Below, piece after piece: positions 35,332-51,609 of a stretch of 64,000 nt of DNA. A program made the translations under genes and the position numbers. Under the pieces are notes generated by a model. The model ran no database searches and was not told the DNA's origin. It saw nothing but the letters and a program-made list of their open reading frames with translations. The stretch spans positions 2,108,001 through 2,172,000 of the forward strand of contig NC_043024.1 of the NCBI RefSeq assembly GCF_006345805.1, given 5' to 3'. Source of the stretch: Octopus sinensis. Taxonomy: Eukaryota. Numbering within the stretch: position 1 is the stretch's first letter; the number at the start of each line of letters is the position of its first letter.

Positions 35332-35971
35332 TACTAGCAGTATCGCCCGGCGTTGCTCGGGTTTGTAAGGGAAATAACTATATAAGCATTTTTAGAGAGT
35401 TATAGCCAAAAAATAGCAAAAAATGCATTAAAAATGGAAAAAATATGATGGTAAATTTTTTTTTAAATCGTTGACTCATCGTAGACATTTTTAGAGAGTT
35501 ACTTCCCTTATATAATAGCGAAAAAATGCATTAAAATGGAAAAAAAATGATGGTAAATCTTTTTTTAAATCGTAGACTCATGTAGACGCTTTCTTAGCCA
35601 TTTCTGTTTTGGTGTCTTCAAGCCATGAAGTTGTTGTTCTAAAAGAACACTGGTCTCCTTGACAACGTATTACGACGTTGATTTCCTTACACTCCCTTCC
35701 CCACAGGTGCAGGTGTGAGCGCGGACGCCAACTCCGCCACCATCGACACACGAAAAATTATGCATTAAAATGGAATAAAAAATGATGTTAAATTATTTTT
35801 AAAATCGTAGACTCATCGTAGACGCGCGCTAATATTCAGACGGGCTCGATATGAATCACGACTATAAGCTACCCGAATTTGGTTAAACTGTACCGCAAAA
35901 TGTGGGAGTAGTTAGGAATCTAAATCGAAGGGGACAGACACTCACACAACTACAGTTTTATATATATAGAT
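35332..35971 (+). mobile_element. Helentron/DINE-1-like non-autonomous element, unit B only
   Basis: Starts TACTAGCAGTATCGCCCGGCGTTGCTCGGG; has three internal tandem subrepeats; ends GACAGACACTCACACAACTACAGTTTTATATATATAGAT; inserted in (TA)n. Confidence 0.65.
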
Positions 35972-35984
35972 ATACATAGCGCAG

Positions 35985-36365
35985 TAGTGGTGAGATATGA
36001 CAGCAAAGAAAAGCATACATTCACTCTCTGCATGCAATTAGACTCGGAAAGTTCGTGAGGAACCCATTGACCCAATTTGCTGACTTTTCTGATAGCACAC
36101 AGGTGTCAATGAATGACCAAATCCAAGCTTCTCTGCTAGTTCCTCAACAGTTACGATGATATTTTGTTCCACCAGGGTTTTCAGGATGTCCTTGTCGAGT
36201 TCTACAGATCTTTCAGGATGAGGCTCGTCTTCTAGGCTGCAGTTTATGGCTCGGGATTTCTGGAACCACCATTGACACTGCCTTACGCTTATTGTCCAAT
36301 CCCCATATACTGCATTAATATTTCTTGTACTTTGCACACATTTATATTCTGTTATTCTTTTATAT
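35985..36365 (-). pseudogene. Mariner-type transposase N-terminal relic
   Basis: HTH-like ...ISVRQCQWWFQKSR...LEDEPH...TVEELAEKLG, then after a frameshift KVSKLGQWVPHELS (WVPHEL motif). Confidence 0.88.
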
Positions 36366-36397
36366 GTTTCAGCCTTGAGGTTGTGGCCATGCTGGAT

Positions 36398-36399
<2 letters not shown>

Positions 36400-36434
<35 letters not shown>

Positions 36435-36680
36435 CTGTCTGTCTGTATGTATATATGTATATGTATGTGTGTGAACAATAATATTTTCAACAGATGTGTT
36501 GCAAATGTATCTGATTGTTCTCAAGCTTCAATACTGTGTGTGTGTGTATGTGTGTGTGTGTATGTATGTATGTAATAGTATGTATGTATGTATGTGTGTG
36601 TGTATGTATGTGTGTGTATGTGTGGTGTGTATGTATGTATGTATGTGTGTGTGTATATATGTATGTATGTATGTATGAGT
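36400..36680. repeat. (TG)n/(TATG)n microsatellite complex
   Basis: Direct inspection. Confidence 0.95.
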
Positions 36681-36684
36681 GTAT

Positions 36685-37095
36685 GTTTACTTTATTACTA
36701 ATTACTCTCTTCCAAGAACATTTTCACTCACTCTTAGCTTCCCATACATTTTACTCATGTATCTATCAGCGTCATAGACAGAATACTTTCACTTTAGTCT
36801 TCCTCAAATCACTCTGTCGCTATTTACTTTCATTTTATTTGTTGCCCACAGTGTGTGTGCGTTTGCGTGTGGTGTAAACCAGACTAAGAGAAGCATTTGA
36901 CACACACACCAGAATGTGAGTTTTCTGTAAATTTTGCTTAATTGGAGTTTAAATTTTAAAAACTGGACCTGGCATGACGCGATGCATTGTACTCTTAAAA
37001 CTGCTAGGTAAATTGTAATTGAAGAAATCCTATATTGTAGATTTGTATAACTCCCAAAGGGAGGCAGATAAAATCTGCCTTTTATAATAAGAGAT
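36685..37095 (+). mobile_element. Second Helentron/HINE-like element
   Basis: 3' hairpin GGCAGAT-AAA-ATCTGCC followed by TTTTATAATAAGAGAT. Confidence 0.5.
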
Positions 37096-37250
37096 ATATT
37101 ATAGAAGGAGCTTCTACAGAACTAGAATTGTTTCATACAGATGAAACAATTCTAGTCCTGTAGAAGCTCCTTCTACAAAATAAATTACTTTACACTGCTA
37201 TGTATTGAGTACCTTATTTACTGTGGTTAACCCCGACTCAACCCGGGACC

Positions 37251-37281
<31 letters not shown>

Positions 37282-38327
37282 TGGTAAAACGGTAAGATAA
37301 CAAAAGAAAGAAAGAAAGAGACCTCAATATTATGTAAATAGAGGAAATTTATCTATAAAATAATATGTTACATTACTCAATAGTCAAGATAAAACTCTCA
37401 GTTTCAGATGCCGAAGTGGAAATCCACAACACCATCTCTTCGGTTATCTGGCCATCTGAAAAAACGCTATGAAAAAATACCGTTATATAAAGGGAAATTA
37501 CTGTTTTATAATTCTGCGCGCGAAAACCCACGTGCGTACTTATACGTCACTATGGAAACATACACATCTTCACTCGCATTTTTCGCCAAATATATACGCA
37601 TATATATATACAACCTCATACACACACACATGCGTACCGTAAAAGTTCATACATACGTCTATATACGCACAAACACAAGAAAAACCATGGTTAAAGGTAA
37701 CAGAAAAAAAAACATAAGGAAGTATACAAAGCATAAAAACCACGTTCATATACGGACATGCCCCTATGCACTCATACACACACACACGCCCGTATATGTA
37801 CATACCCGCACATATTTATATACGCATACATACACACGCATATACAAAAAATGAATATATATATGTCCCCCCCCAACAAAAAAATGGAAAAATACTAAGT
37901 AAAAACGTCTATATAAATATATGTGCATTCGTAAAAACGTCTATATATATATATATATATATATATAGACATATATATGTATATACATATATATGCACAT
38001 ACACACACACAAAAGTTGGCGATTACAAAGGTATTTCACAAGAATCATATATATAGTGGAAGCCGCTTATTGTGATCATTTCAGTACGGCATTGGCCAAC
38101 ACCTAACAGATGACGTTAAACAAGTATAAAGTCTGAACCAATTCATTTTAATAACAATAACCGGCTGATAACGTTATCCGCTATTCCGATTGACCGCCAC
38201 TCCATTCCTGCCCAGCCTACATCAATACACAACAAACTACGGCATTTCAATAAATCGCAGTATTTGCTATACAATGTCTTCAATCAGATCGTATTCCTCT
38301 CCAATATATATACATATATATATAATA

Positions 38328-38440
38328 ACTTACCCCTGATGCTTAATAAATAAATAATTATATTTATTTACTTTCGATTTCGTCTCCAAAGAATTGAGGA
38401 AACGTGACAAGCCGGAAGTAAGGTGCGTCATGTGACTTAG
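38328..38440 (-). promoter_or_regulatory. Predicted promoter, exon 1 and donor of ZNF B
   Basis: CCGGAAGT 38412-19; donor GTAAGT 38333-28. Confidence 0.7.
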
Positions 38441-39416
38441 ACTCTTTAATATATGAAACCACAAAGAGTGCTGCTGACACAAAAGCGAAACTAAGAAGGA
38501 AGGGGGAACGTAATATTGTTGTTGACTATCACCATGGTTACTGTCTAAGCGGAAGGCGCATGGCTCGGTGGTTAGCGCATCGGGCTATCAATCGCGAGTT
38601 AGTGAGTTCGATTCCCTGGATCTTTTCGTTTTGACTGGCAGATTTTTAAAATAATTTCTTTGTAACTAAACACTTTTAAACTTAAGTACCAGTTACGCAC
38701 TGGAGTCGATGTAATCAACTTAATCCCTTTGTCTGTCCTTGTCTGTTCCCTCCTATCTTTTCCGTTTGAACAGCAGTTTTTAACATAATTTCTAGGTAAC
38801 TAAACACTTTTAAACTTCGTGTAATGGTAGAATTTGTTACATAAAACATCTTTTTTCTCTTGGCTTTCTTGAGAAAATTCTGTAGTTTGTAAGCTACAAT
38901 TATTGCTGTTGATAAACTACGGCAGATATTGTATTCACCTCAATAGACGTCATTGATTGGTTGAAATTGCCGAAATGCAAGAAATTAAACAACAAATACC
39001 TTACAAGCTACAGAATTTTCTCAATAAATCCAGGAGAGAAAGATGTTTTATAAACACATTCTACCAGTATACGAATTTTAAAGAATAAGTCCTGGGGTCG
39101 ATTTGATCGACTAAAGGCGGTGCTCCAGCATGGCCACAGTCACATGACTGAAACAAGTAAAAGAGTAAAGAGAGATAGATAGATAAACAGGTAGATAGAT
39201 AGGTCGGTAGATAGATAGGTATGTAGGTAGGCAGATAGATAAATAGACAGACAGATAAGATAGATAGATAGACATATATAGATAAATAGACAGACAAATA
39301 GATGGATAGATGGATGGATAGAGAGAGACAGACAGATAGATAGTTAGACACAAATAGATAGACAGACAGACAGACAGATAGATGGATAGACAGATAAGAT
39401 AGATAGATAGATAGAT

Positions 39417-39476
<60 letters not shown>

Positions 39477-39949
39477 TAGAAGCAGATCTTCCTTCGAAAA
39501 GGACGATTCTTTTCTTCAGCAAAATTGCTTTGAGTGTTCATGTTGGTGGTGGTGGCCATGTTTATAGCAGTATGGGTTGTCTTTACTTCTCTGTATCTTC
39601 TAAGGCCAGACTGGCAGTGTTTGTAGTGAGTGCGCGATTTGAATATAGAGGCACCTACCTCATCTTCGTAGTGACGGAGACCCTCCAGAGATGACTAGTC
39701 CTTCCTCACAGCCGCGACCCGAGCACTAACGATAGCAGCTGCTAGCCCAAACCCTTAGCGACGTCCTCACACGTCTTCTGACCTCCACGACCCACGTTGG
39801 AAAGGGCAATTTCCGCTCCCTGCGCACGCCTGACAGCTGGCCCCTTCCGCTTGCCCAAACTTCCAGACAACGCATCCCACAGTTTTCTGTGTGCGTTCAA
39901 GCGGAACAACTTCCTTTTCAGACAGATAGATAGACAAACAGATAGATAG

Positions 39950-40176
39950 GGTACTACTTGGGAACATTAGCTAGCTAGTCGTGACTAGTCGATCCTACGA
40001 CTAGCTAGCAAAGTAAATACTACACAAAATAAATTTTTTAACACAAAGTAAATAATTTTTGTTAAAATAAATAAAACGCAAAAACACAGAGTAAGGATCG
40101 ACTAGTCATGACTAGCTAGCGCGGATGCACGAGTACGCGAATGCGCGCACCGGGATCACTCTTCTCAAGTAGTACC
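39950..40176. mobile_element. 227-bp MITE in (GATA)n (right halves only at ~25020-25169 and 61140-61277)
   Basis: TIR GGTACTACTTGGGA/TCTCAAGTAGTACC, an inner 27-bp inverted repeat, and GATAGATAG on both flanks. Confidence 0.75.
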
Positions 40177-41039
40177 GATAGATAGACAGACAGAGATAGA
40201 CAGGCACAGATATGCTATAGAAATAAACTTTGACGTACGCACCTTGAAGTTTTCCAGTGTTAAAACTTTCTTTGGAAGTTGCACGTCATCTTCAGCAGGT
40301 GCTTCGTGTGTGTGTGTGTGTGTGTGTAGGCAGAGTACGGCCGAATGGTCAAGAAGATCCCTTAACAACCACGAGGTCCCTCGTTCTGTCCTACTGCGAG
40401 ACACTTTGGGCAAATAACACTTTCTGCAGTGTCCAGTTGACCTGAATGAAATCGGACAGAGGGGAAAGTGCTGAACCCAGGAATTCCAAAGAGGTCAGCT
40501 TCGGGTCGCAGAGATTCTTGTATGATTCCAGCGGAATCCTCGAAGACTCACGGCAATTCCAGAGCAGGGGATTCAGTTGGTCTTACACCTGAATCCTCAT
40601 CGGCGAACGACGGGGATCCACGATGTATGAAAATGTCTGTATAGGTATAGATGGAAATGGTGAGGATATTAAGAAATGATTAATAGCAAAATGTGGGAAG
40701 TAAAAAAATTGGAATGGGCAGTGAAAAGGAAAACGAAACAGGGAAAGAAATTATATAACTTTGTTTAAGTAATTTTTTTTAGTCCTTCTTTTTTTCTGAG
40801 TTGTGCGTGAGATATGAAATTAGATATGAAATCATTCGTATCTAATTCCGGTCTCCTAATAATTATCAGTTATAAAGTGGAATTGACCAAGGAATAAAGA
40901 TTTGTATGAAACTATAGCAGGAAATAAACGGAATTTGCAAGACTGAACGGTTAATGGACGAGGGGAAGTAACTCTTCCTTCAACAAAAGTCCTGAATATT
41001 TTTAAATAGCTTCGGCTTTAAATGACAATTAATTAATTC

Positions 41040-41610
41040 AACAAATTATTAGAAAGGATCACAAAAGTACAGCCCCTAAAATAACTGCAGGGCTTAATGA
41101 CCGCCTCAAGAACCCAGTTTCCACAAAAACTTTTTGCTGGGAGCTGCACAAAGCCAGATTTCAAGGGAGGGCTGCAATCAGAAAACCACTACTTTCAAAA
41201 ACAAACGTTGCAAAGCGTTTAGAGTGGAGTAAAAACCTACAGAAATGATCCCTAGAGCAGTGGAAGAATGTTATTTTCTAGGACGAGTCATCCTTTACCT
41301 TATTTCCGACAACCGGCCGAGTATACGTGTGAAGAGAGCCAAAAGAAGCATTTGACCCAGACTGCCTTCTTCCAACTGTTAAACATGGAGGAGGATCTGT
41401 GATAATCTGGGGAGCTATATCTTGGAAATCTGCCAGCCCAATGGTTTCCCTTCATGGCAGAATAAATAGTCAAGACTATTTAAGCATTTTATCTGATCAA
41501 ATTCATCCTATGATTGTGGAACTGTTTCCGGAGGAAAACGCAAGCTTTCAGGATGATAAAGCACCGATTCACACAGCTAAAGTTGTCACTGAATGGGACG
41601 AGGAACGTTC
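41040..41610 (+). pseudogene. Tc1-like transposase relic, copy 3
   Basis: Paralog of 14651-15222. Confidence 0.9.
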
Positions 41611-42140
41611 ATCAACCGTTTCAAAGTAAACATTAGTCCTTGCTCTTTTTTACACAATAACTTCTGGTATTTCATATACAGCAGATCTTTCCTTCTCCTA
41701 TGTTTCCGACGAACTGCTCTGCTCGAAACGTTATACGCACCTTTTTCCTGAGCGTCCAATAATACTATATTTGTTCCACGTCTTCGCATTGTTGTGCTTT
41801 ATTTGTGCTTTCTTGGTTGGATTAACTATATAAATATAACCGATTGTGGCCGCTAACAGATTCCCCTGGCACCTGTGCCGGTGGTATGTAAAAAACACCC
41901 ACTACACTTGCGGAGTGGTTGGCGTTAGGAAGGGCATCCAGCTGTAGAAACACTGCCAGATCAGACTGGGCCTGGTGCAGCCTCCTTGCTTCTCAGACCC
42001 TGGTCGAGCCGTCCAGCCCGTTCTAGCACGGAAAACGGACGTTAAACAACGATCATGATCATGATATATATACAAATTAAAATCCAGGAAACAGAGAAGT
42101 AGCATCAATATAGTTTATTCACTGAAAAAATTCAACATGT

Positions 42141-42221
42141 ACACTTACAGCTGTTTCGATTTTGCTCAAAAGAAATTCCAATAATTAAATCATTTAATTG
42201 GGCAAAATCTCATCAGAGGAA
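42141..42221 (-). ncRNA. Hammerhead-like motif with GUA triplet
   Basis: CTGATGA; stem II GATTTTGCCCAA/TTGAGCAAAATC (11 of 12 pairs); GAAAC-AGCT-GTA; stem I weak. Confidence 0.55.
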
Positions 42222-43251
42222 TGAAAAAGACATATCGTTAGGTTATCACATGGTATTCTTCCAAAACATCTCAACAGACTAAAACTTTTTTTTAATTACT
42301 AATGTTGGTATAAATCTTGGCCAGTGGGTAACAGGTTGTATAAGGGTAATAATCTTTATATATATAAAACTGAGAATGTGTGTCTGTCTGTCTGTGTTTC
42401 CCTAAAACGTGAGAACTACACAACCAATTTCATTCAAATTTTACACATGCCTTACTTAGGGTCCATGTAGTTTCATGGGCAAAAAAAAAATGTTCAACTT
42501 CTTGCCTAGAGCGAGCCCATAGCAATATCATATTTTCTCCGCTATTTCAGTATTACATGTTAAAAGTGAAACAAAAATATTTCTCTATTTCATGTCAGAT
42601 GCTTTCACTTTAACAATAAAAATAATAACAATTGAATTATATGTAGTAAGTAATAATTAAAATCAAACTAAAGTATAATATAATCGTAACATACAAAAGT
42701 AAAAATAGCAATTGGTATAAAATTGCATCAATGATTTGAACTTGAATAAGTGGTTTCACATGAATGGGAATAAAGTAAAAATATAATCAGCGTGCAGAAA
42801 TGGAATAGTCCAGATGGATAATACAAAATTAAATTAAAAACAAGACTTTTGTCTATAAAGTATACAACATAGAGAAAAAAGAAGAGCTAACAATTCCAGT
42901 CTGTTATATATTTTGAGTATCGTTATCACTAGTGATATCAAGATATAACTTTGTATTTTGCATTTTATGTGTAGATGTATATAGATAGATGTACATGTAA
43001 TATGTACACATATATACATGCACTAGCACTATGACCCGGCAACGACGGGTCTTTAATGCTAGTTGGTAAATAAATGGTAGATAGTGAGTTATATTTCTCA
43101 CTATAATTATTTTATAATGTATCGATTTAATTATTTTCTAATTTATCTATATCAGTTCAATCAATTTCTTTAACAAAGTTATAAATGTGATCACGTTGTT
43201 CTCTCATTCATATGATACTATTTTTACTATAACTCACTAATCTAACATTTA

Positions 43252-45247
<1,996 letters not shown>

Positions 45248-46890
45248 TTTTTTTCTCCTCTCACCACAAAGTCCAAATGTTTTTCTTTTTTTTCTTCTTT
45301 TTTTTTATATTCTATTCCTCAGTTATTTCTGTTGCTTGAAATGCTTAGCGGTATTTCGTCTGTCTTTTTGTTCTGAGTTCAAATTCCACCGAGGTCGACT
45401 TTGCCATTCACCCTTTCGGGGTCAATAAATAAAGTACCAGTTTCACACTGGGGTTGATATAATCAACTTAATCCCTTTGTCATTCCTTATTTGTCCCCTC
45501 TATGTTTAGCCCCCTAGTGGGCAATAAAGAAATATATATTTCCATCAACTGTAATCATTGTCAATATCTGAGGGGGCTGCCAATTCCTTTGCAATCAAGG
45601 TTTAATTAGAATACAGGATTGGTTTTCTTGCACCCATTCCAGGCAGTGAAGTACAGAAATGCTGCTAATAATCACACACCCAAAGAAAATCTTTTACAAT
45701 TCTATAATCGATTTATATAAACAGGGTAATATTTCTTGTGTGTAGCATCTTAGTTTCATCTTAAAGAATATATCATATATATTCATGATGTGTTCGATGT
45801 AAAATCTTCTTTTATGCTAAATATCCTCTCTGATACTCTGAAATAAAAAAGAAATAATATGAGATATAGAATATACTTGAAAAGTAAAGATTAAATAATG
45901 AAAATTTTATTACGTTTTTATACTGATAAACTGGAGATATAAACCTTTAGCTGGTCAAATAAACGTTAACACGTCAGTCTGACAAACAAACAAGGAGATT
46001 ATAAGGTAGTCATGGGATGTGCTAAAAATAATAGCTAAATAGCTCTTAAATCATGCACCAATTTTTCAAATTTTGTTTTGGTTTTTGCACAATCCTATGA
46101 ATTACAAATTCGCAAGAGTTTTCTAAACATTCCCAAAAAGTTTAGAACCAACAAAGAATTTACGATTTACATCTGCTGTTTGTTTGTTGAGCGAAGCGGT
46201 CTTCGTCCCAGAGCTCGCAAGATGGAAGAAGTCGGAAACGTGGTCCTTTGCTATTCGTAAGACCCGCAGAAGAGAAAGCAGGTCAGCCCCCCCCTCCGAC
46301 ACCGAGAGCATCCAGGCTCGGCGGTTGCGTAGGAAGTCGGGGGACAAGAAACAGGAAGAAAGAGTGAGAGAAAGTTGGGGCGAAAGAGTACAACAGGGGT
46401 CGCCACAACCCTCTGCTGGAGCATCGTGGAGCGTTAGGTGTTTTCGCTCAATAAACACACACAACGCCCAGTCTGGGAATCGAAACCGCGATCCTCCGAC
46501 CGCGAGTCCGCTGCCCTAACCACTGGGCCATTGCGCCTCCACTTACATCTGCTGTATATGAAATACCAGAAGCTATTGTGTTAAAAAGAGCAAGGACTAA
46601 CGTTTACTTTGAAACGGTTGATGATGATGATGATGATATATATATATATATATATATTTACTACCCACAAAAGGATAAACATAGAGGGGACAAACAAGGA
46701 CAGACATAGGGACTAAGTCGATTACATTGATCCCAGTGCATAACTGGTACTTAATTTATCGACCCTGAAAGATGAAAGGCAAAGTCGACCACAGTAGAAT
46801 GTGAACTCATAACGTAAAGACACATGCATTTCGCCCGTCGTGCTAATGTTGCTGCCAGCTCGCCACCTTCATATTTATATATATATTTGC

Positions 46891-46940
<50 letters not shown>

Positions 46941-46942
<2 letters not shown>

Positions 46943-49695
46943 TCATCATCATCATCATCGTTTAACGTCCGTTCTCCATGCTAGCATGGGTTGGATGGTT
47001 CGACCGGGGATCTGGGAAGCCAGAAGGCTGTACCAGTCTTATCTGGCAATATTTCTACAGCTGGATGCCCTTCCTAACGCCAACCCTCCGTGAGTGTAGT
47101 GGGTGCTTTTTACGTGCCACCTGTACAGGTGCCAGGCGAGGCTGGCAACGGCCACGGTCGGATTGGTGTATTTTATGTGCCACCGGCATGGAAACCACTC
47201 GAAACGGCGCTGGCATCGGCCACGAGTCGGATAGTGCTTTTTATGTACCACCAGACCAGGGATCCTGGCTGGTTCAATTCGATTTCGATTTCGCTTGCCC
47301 CAACATGTCTTCGCAAGCAAAGGAGGGTTGGCATGGGTGCCTGTCGTCGGATGAGGTTCTATATCGACTTCGCTTGCCTCAACAGGTCTTTGTGTCCAAG
47401 GGAACAAAAGGCATTCATATGTGGGCTGGGCTCACTTGTCCTGCCTGGTCTTCTCACGTACAGCATATTCCATAGGTCTCGGTCGCTGGTCATTTCCTCA
47501 GTGAGGCCTAAAGTTCGAAGGTCGTGCTTCACCACCTCCTCCAAGGGTTTTCATGGGTCTACCTCTTCAACGGGTTCCATCAACTGCTAGGGATTGGAAC
47601 TTTCTCACACACCTATCTTCATCCATTCTCGCCACATGTCCATACCAGCGCAATCGTCTCTCTTGCACACCACAACTGATGCTTCTTAGATACAACATTT
47701 CTCTCAAGGTACTAACGCTCTGTCGAGTAAGTACACTGACGTTACACATCCATCGGAGCATACTGGCTTCATTCCTCACAAGCTTACACATGTCTTCAGC
47801 AGTCACGGCCCATGTTTCACTGCCATGTAGCATAGCTGTTCGTACACATGCATCATACAGTCTGCCTTTTACTCTGAGCGAGAGGCCTTTAGTCACCAGC
47901 AGAGGTAAGAGCTCCCTAGACTTTGCCCAGGCTATTCTTATCCTAGCAGTTACACTTTCAGCGCACCCATCCCCACTACTGACTTGGACACCTAGATAAC
48001 GGAAGCTATCAACTACTTCTAGTTTTTCCCCCTGGAAAGTGACGGAAGTTGTTTTCTGCAGATTTTCGGAGGTTAATGCTCCCAAGCATCTGCCACATAC
48101 AAAAACTATCTTCCCAGTTAGCCTACCTTTGACATTGCTGCACCCCTTATGTGTCCATAGCTTACACTGGGTACATCTTATAGAGTTTCTACTTACACCT
48201 TTTCTACAGATCGAGCAGGGCCATCTTCCTGAAGACATTTGTGGATTGTCTACCTTCCTACTTATTAGTACTTTGGTTTCAGCTAGGTTGACTCTAAGGC
48301 CCCTCGATTCTAAACCCTCCTTCCACACCTGGAACTTCTCCTCCAGTTCTGATAGTGACTCAGCAATTAGAGCAAGGTCGTCAGCACAGAGGAGCTCCCA
48401 GGGGCAACCTGTCTTGAATTCCTCCGTAATTGCCTGGAGGACTATGATAAATAGGAGGGGGCTGAGTACTGAACCCTGGTGGACCCCAACCTCTACTTTG
48501 AATTCTTCTGTGTATATGTTGCCAACCCTAACCTTACTTACGGCATCTCTGTACATGGCTTGCACAGCCCTCACCAGCCATTCATCTATCCCTAGTTTCC
48601 TCATTGACCACCAGATAAGGGATCGGGGGACCCTATCAAAGGCTTTCTCCATGTCAACGAAAGCCAGGTACAGGGCTTATCTTTGGCTAGGTATTTCTCC
48701 TGCAGCTGCCTTACCAGGAATATAGCATCAGTGGTACTTTTCCCTTGCACGAACCCAAACTGCATCTCATCTAAACTAACTCTCTCTCTAATTAGGTGGG
48801 CTATGACCCTCTCCGTAACCTTCATTACCTGATCCAACAGCTTGATACCTCTGTAATTATTTGTATCTAGGGCATCACCTTTACCTTTGTAGCAGTTGAC
48901 TAGTATGCTGCTACACCAGTTATTGGGTATGACTCCTTCATGTATCACCTGGTTGACTATACGGGTGCTGCCAGATGTTTTGAGCATCTCTGCAGTAATT
49001 CCTGATGGGCCTGGGGCTTTCCCTGTCTTCATGCTTCTAATTGCCTTAGCTACCACGGAACTATCAACTCGGATAGCTGGTCCCTCTGTTGGGTCAACAT
49101 TCGGCAGACTCTCTTTATCCCATTCATTTTCTTTATTCAGCAACCTTTCATAGTGGCATCTCCAAACCTCTCTCTTTGCATCCTCATTTAGCGCAAGTGA
49201 ACCATCATCCATGCGAACACACTTCTCTCCTACCACATCACGATTCTCTCTCACACACTGTCTTGCAACACGAAATACCTCAAGTCTTTCATCCTCACGG
49301 CTCACAACATTGGCAAATTTTTTCTTATCCGCTTCCCCTCTGGCTAAATAAACATGTCTCCTAGCTTCCCTTCTGGCTGTCTGATACAATTCCCTGCTAC
49401 CACCGTTCTTCCAGTCCCTCCAAGCCTGTTTCTTTTGTCTAATAGCCCTGTCCACCACATTGTTCCACCACCACGTTACTCTGGGTCGAGACGGAACTTT
49501 GCTCCATCCACAGATCTGGTCAGTGGCTGTCAGCAGATTGTCCCGTAGAAATCTCCAGTTGTCTTCCACATTAAGTGAAGCTATATCCCCTTCTATTTCG
49601 TCAAAGGCTTCGAGTAGTATGTCTCTAAATCTCTGTCCATTTGCAGGATCTTTAAGCTTCCAGACCCTTCTCCTCCAAGCTGGTCTTCTTCTGGG

Positions 49696-49697
<2 letters not shown>
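46941..49697 (-). mobile_element. 5'-truncated RTE-clade LINE (RT, PHD-like Cys-rich region, 3' UTR, (GAT)n tail) in the intron of ZNF C
   Basis: ORFs 48601-49698 and 47567-48652 contain KAPGPSGI, NYRGIKLL, QFGF..GKSTTDAIF, KAFDRVP, QGSVLSPLLF and CADDL. Frameshifts and the YADD>CADD change indicate an inactive copy. Confidence 0.95.
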
Positions 49698-49783
<86 letters not shown>

Positions 49784-50786
49784 TAAAACGGTAAGATAAC
49801 AAAAGAAAGAAAGAGACCTCAATATTATGTAAATAGAGGAAATTTATCTATAAAATAATATGTTACATTTACTCAATAGTCAAGATAAAACTCTGAGCTT
49901 CAGATGCCGAAGTGGAAATCCACAACACCATCTCTTCGGTTATCTGGCCATCTGAAAAAACGCTATGAAAAAATACCGTTATATAAAGGGAAATTACTGT
50001 ATTATAATTCTGCGCGCGAAAACCCACGTGCGTACTTATACGTCACTATGGAAACATACACATCTTCACTCGCATTTTTCGCCAAATATATACGCATATA
50101 TATACAACCTCATACACACACACACATGCGTACCGTAAAAGTTCATACATACGTCTATATACGCACAAACACAAGAAAAACCATGGTTAAAGGTAACAGA
50201 AAAAAATATAATAAGGAAGTATACAAAGCATAAAAACCACGTTCATATACGGACAGGCCCCTATGCACTCATACACACACACACACGCCCCTATATGTAC
50301 ATACCCGCACATATTTATATACGCATACATACACACGCATATACAAAAAATGAATATATATTTCCCCCCCCCACAAAAAAATGGAAAAATACTAAGTAAA
50401 AACGTCTATATATATATATATATATAGACATATATACGTATATACATATATATGCACATACACACACACAAAAGTTGGCGATTACAAAGGAATTTCACAA
50501 GAATCATATATATAGTGGAAGCCGCTTATTGTGATCATTTCCGTACAGCATTGGCCAACACCTAACAGATGACGTTAAACAAATATAAAGTCTGAACAAA
50601 TTAATTTCGATAACAATAACCGGCTGATAACGTTATCCGTTATTCCGATTGACCGCCACTCCATTCCTGCCCAGCCTACATCAATACACAACAAACTACG
50701 GCATTTCTATAAATCGCAGTATTTGCTATACAACGTCTTCAATCAGATCGTATTCCTCTCCAATATATATACATATATATATAATA

Positions 50787-50900
50787 ACTTACCCCTGATG
50801 CTTAATAAATAAATAAATATTTATTTACTTTCGATTTCGTCTCCAAAGAATTGAGGAAACGTGACAAGCCGGAAGTAAGGTGCGTCATGTGACTTAGACT
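50787..50900 (-). promoter_or_regulatory. Predicted promoter, exon 1 and donor of ZNF C
   Basis: CCGGAAGT 50869-76; donor GTAAGT 50792-87. Confidence 0.7.
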
Positions 50901-51609
50901 CTTTAATATATGAAACCACAAAGAGTGCTGCTGACACAAAAGCGAAACTAAGAAGGAAGGGGGAACGTAATATTGTTGTCGACTATCACCATGGTTACTG
51001 TCTAAGCGGAAGGCGCATGGCTCGGTGGTTAGCGCATCGGGCTATCAATCACGAGTTAGTGAGTTCGATTCCCTGGATCTTTTCGCTGTTCCACGTTGCC
51101 AGCGGAATCCTCGGCGACTCACGGGAATTCCGGAGCAGGGGATTCAGTTGGTCTTACACCTGAATCCTCATCGGCAAACGACGGGGATCCACGATGTATA
51201 AAAATGTCTGTTTAGGTATAGATGGAAATGGTGAGGATATTAAGAAATGGTTAATAGCAAAATTTGTGAAATAAAAAAATTGGAATGGGCAGTGAAAAGG
51301 AAAACGAAACAGTGAAAGAAATTTTATAACTTTGTTTAAGTAATTTTTTTAGTCCTTCCTTTTTTCTGAGTTGTGCGTTAGATATGAAATTAGATATGAA
51401 ATCATTCGTATCTAATTCCGGTCTCCTAATAATTATCAGTTATGAAGTGGAATTGATCAAGGAATAAAGATTAGTATGAAACTATAGCAGGAAATAAACG
51501 GAATTTGCAAGACTGAACGGTTAATGGACGAGGGGAAGTAACTCTTCTTTCAACAAAAGTCCTCAATATTTTTAATTAGCTTCGGGTTTAAATGACAATT
51601 AATTAATTC

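Noticed and set aside
37408-37854. MPKWKSTT... ORF recurring at 49904 and 58625
   Set aside because: Lengths differ by frameshifts between near-identical copies, unit A has a stop, and the composition is driven by CA/TA repeats. It recurs only because of the segmental duplication.
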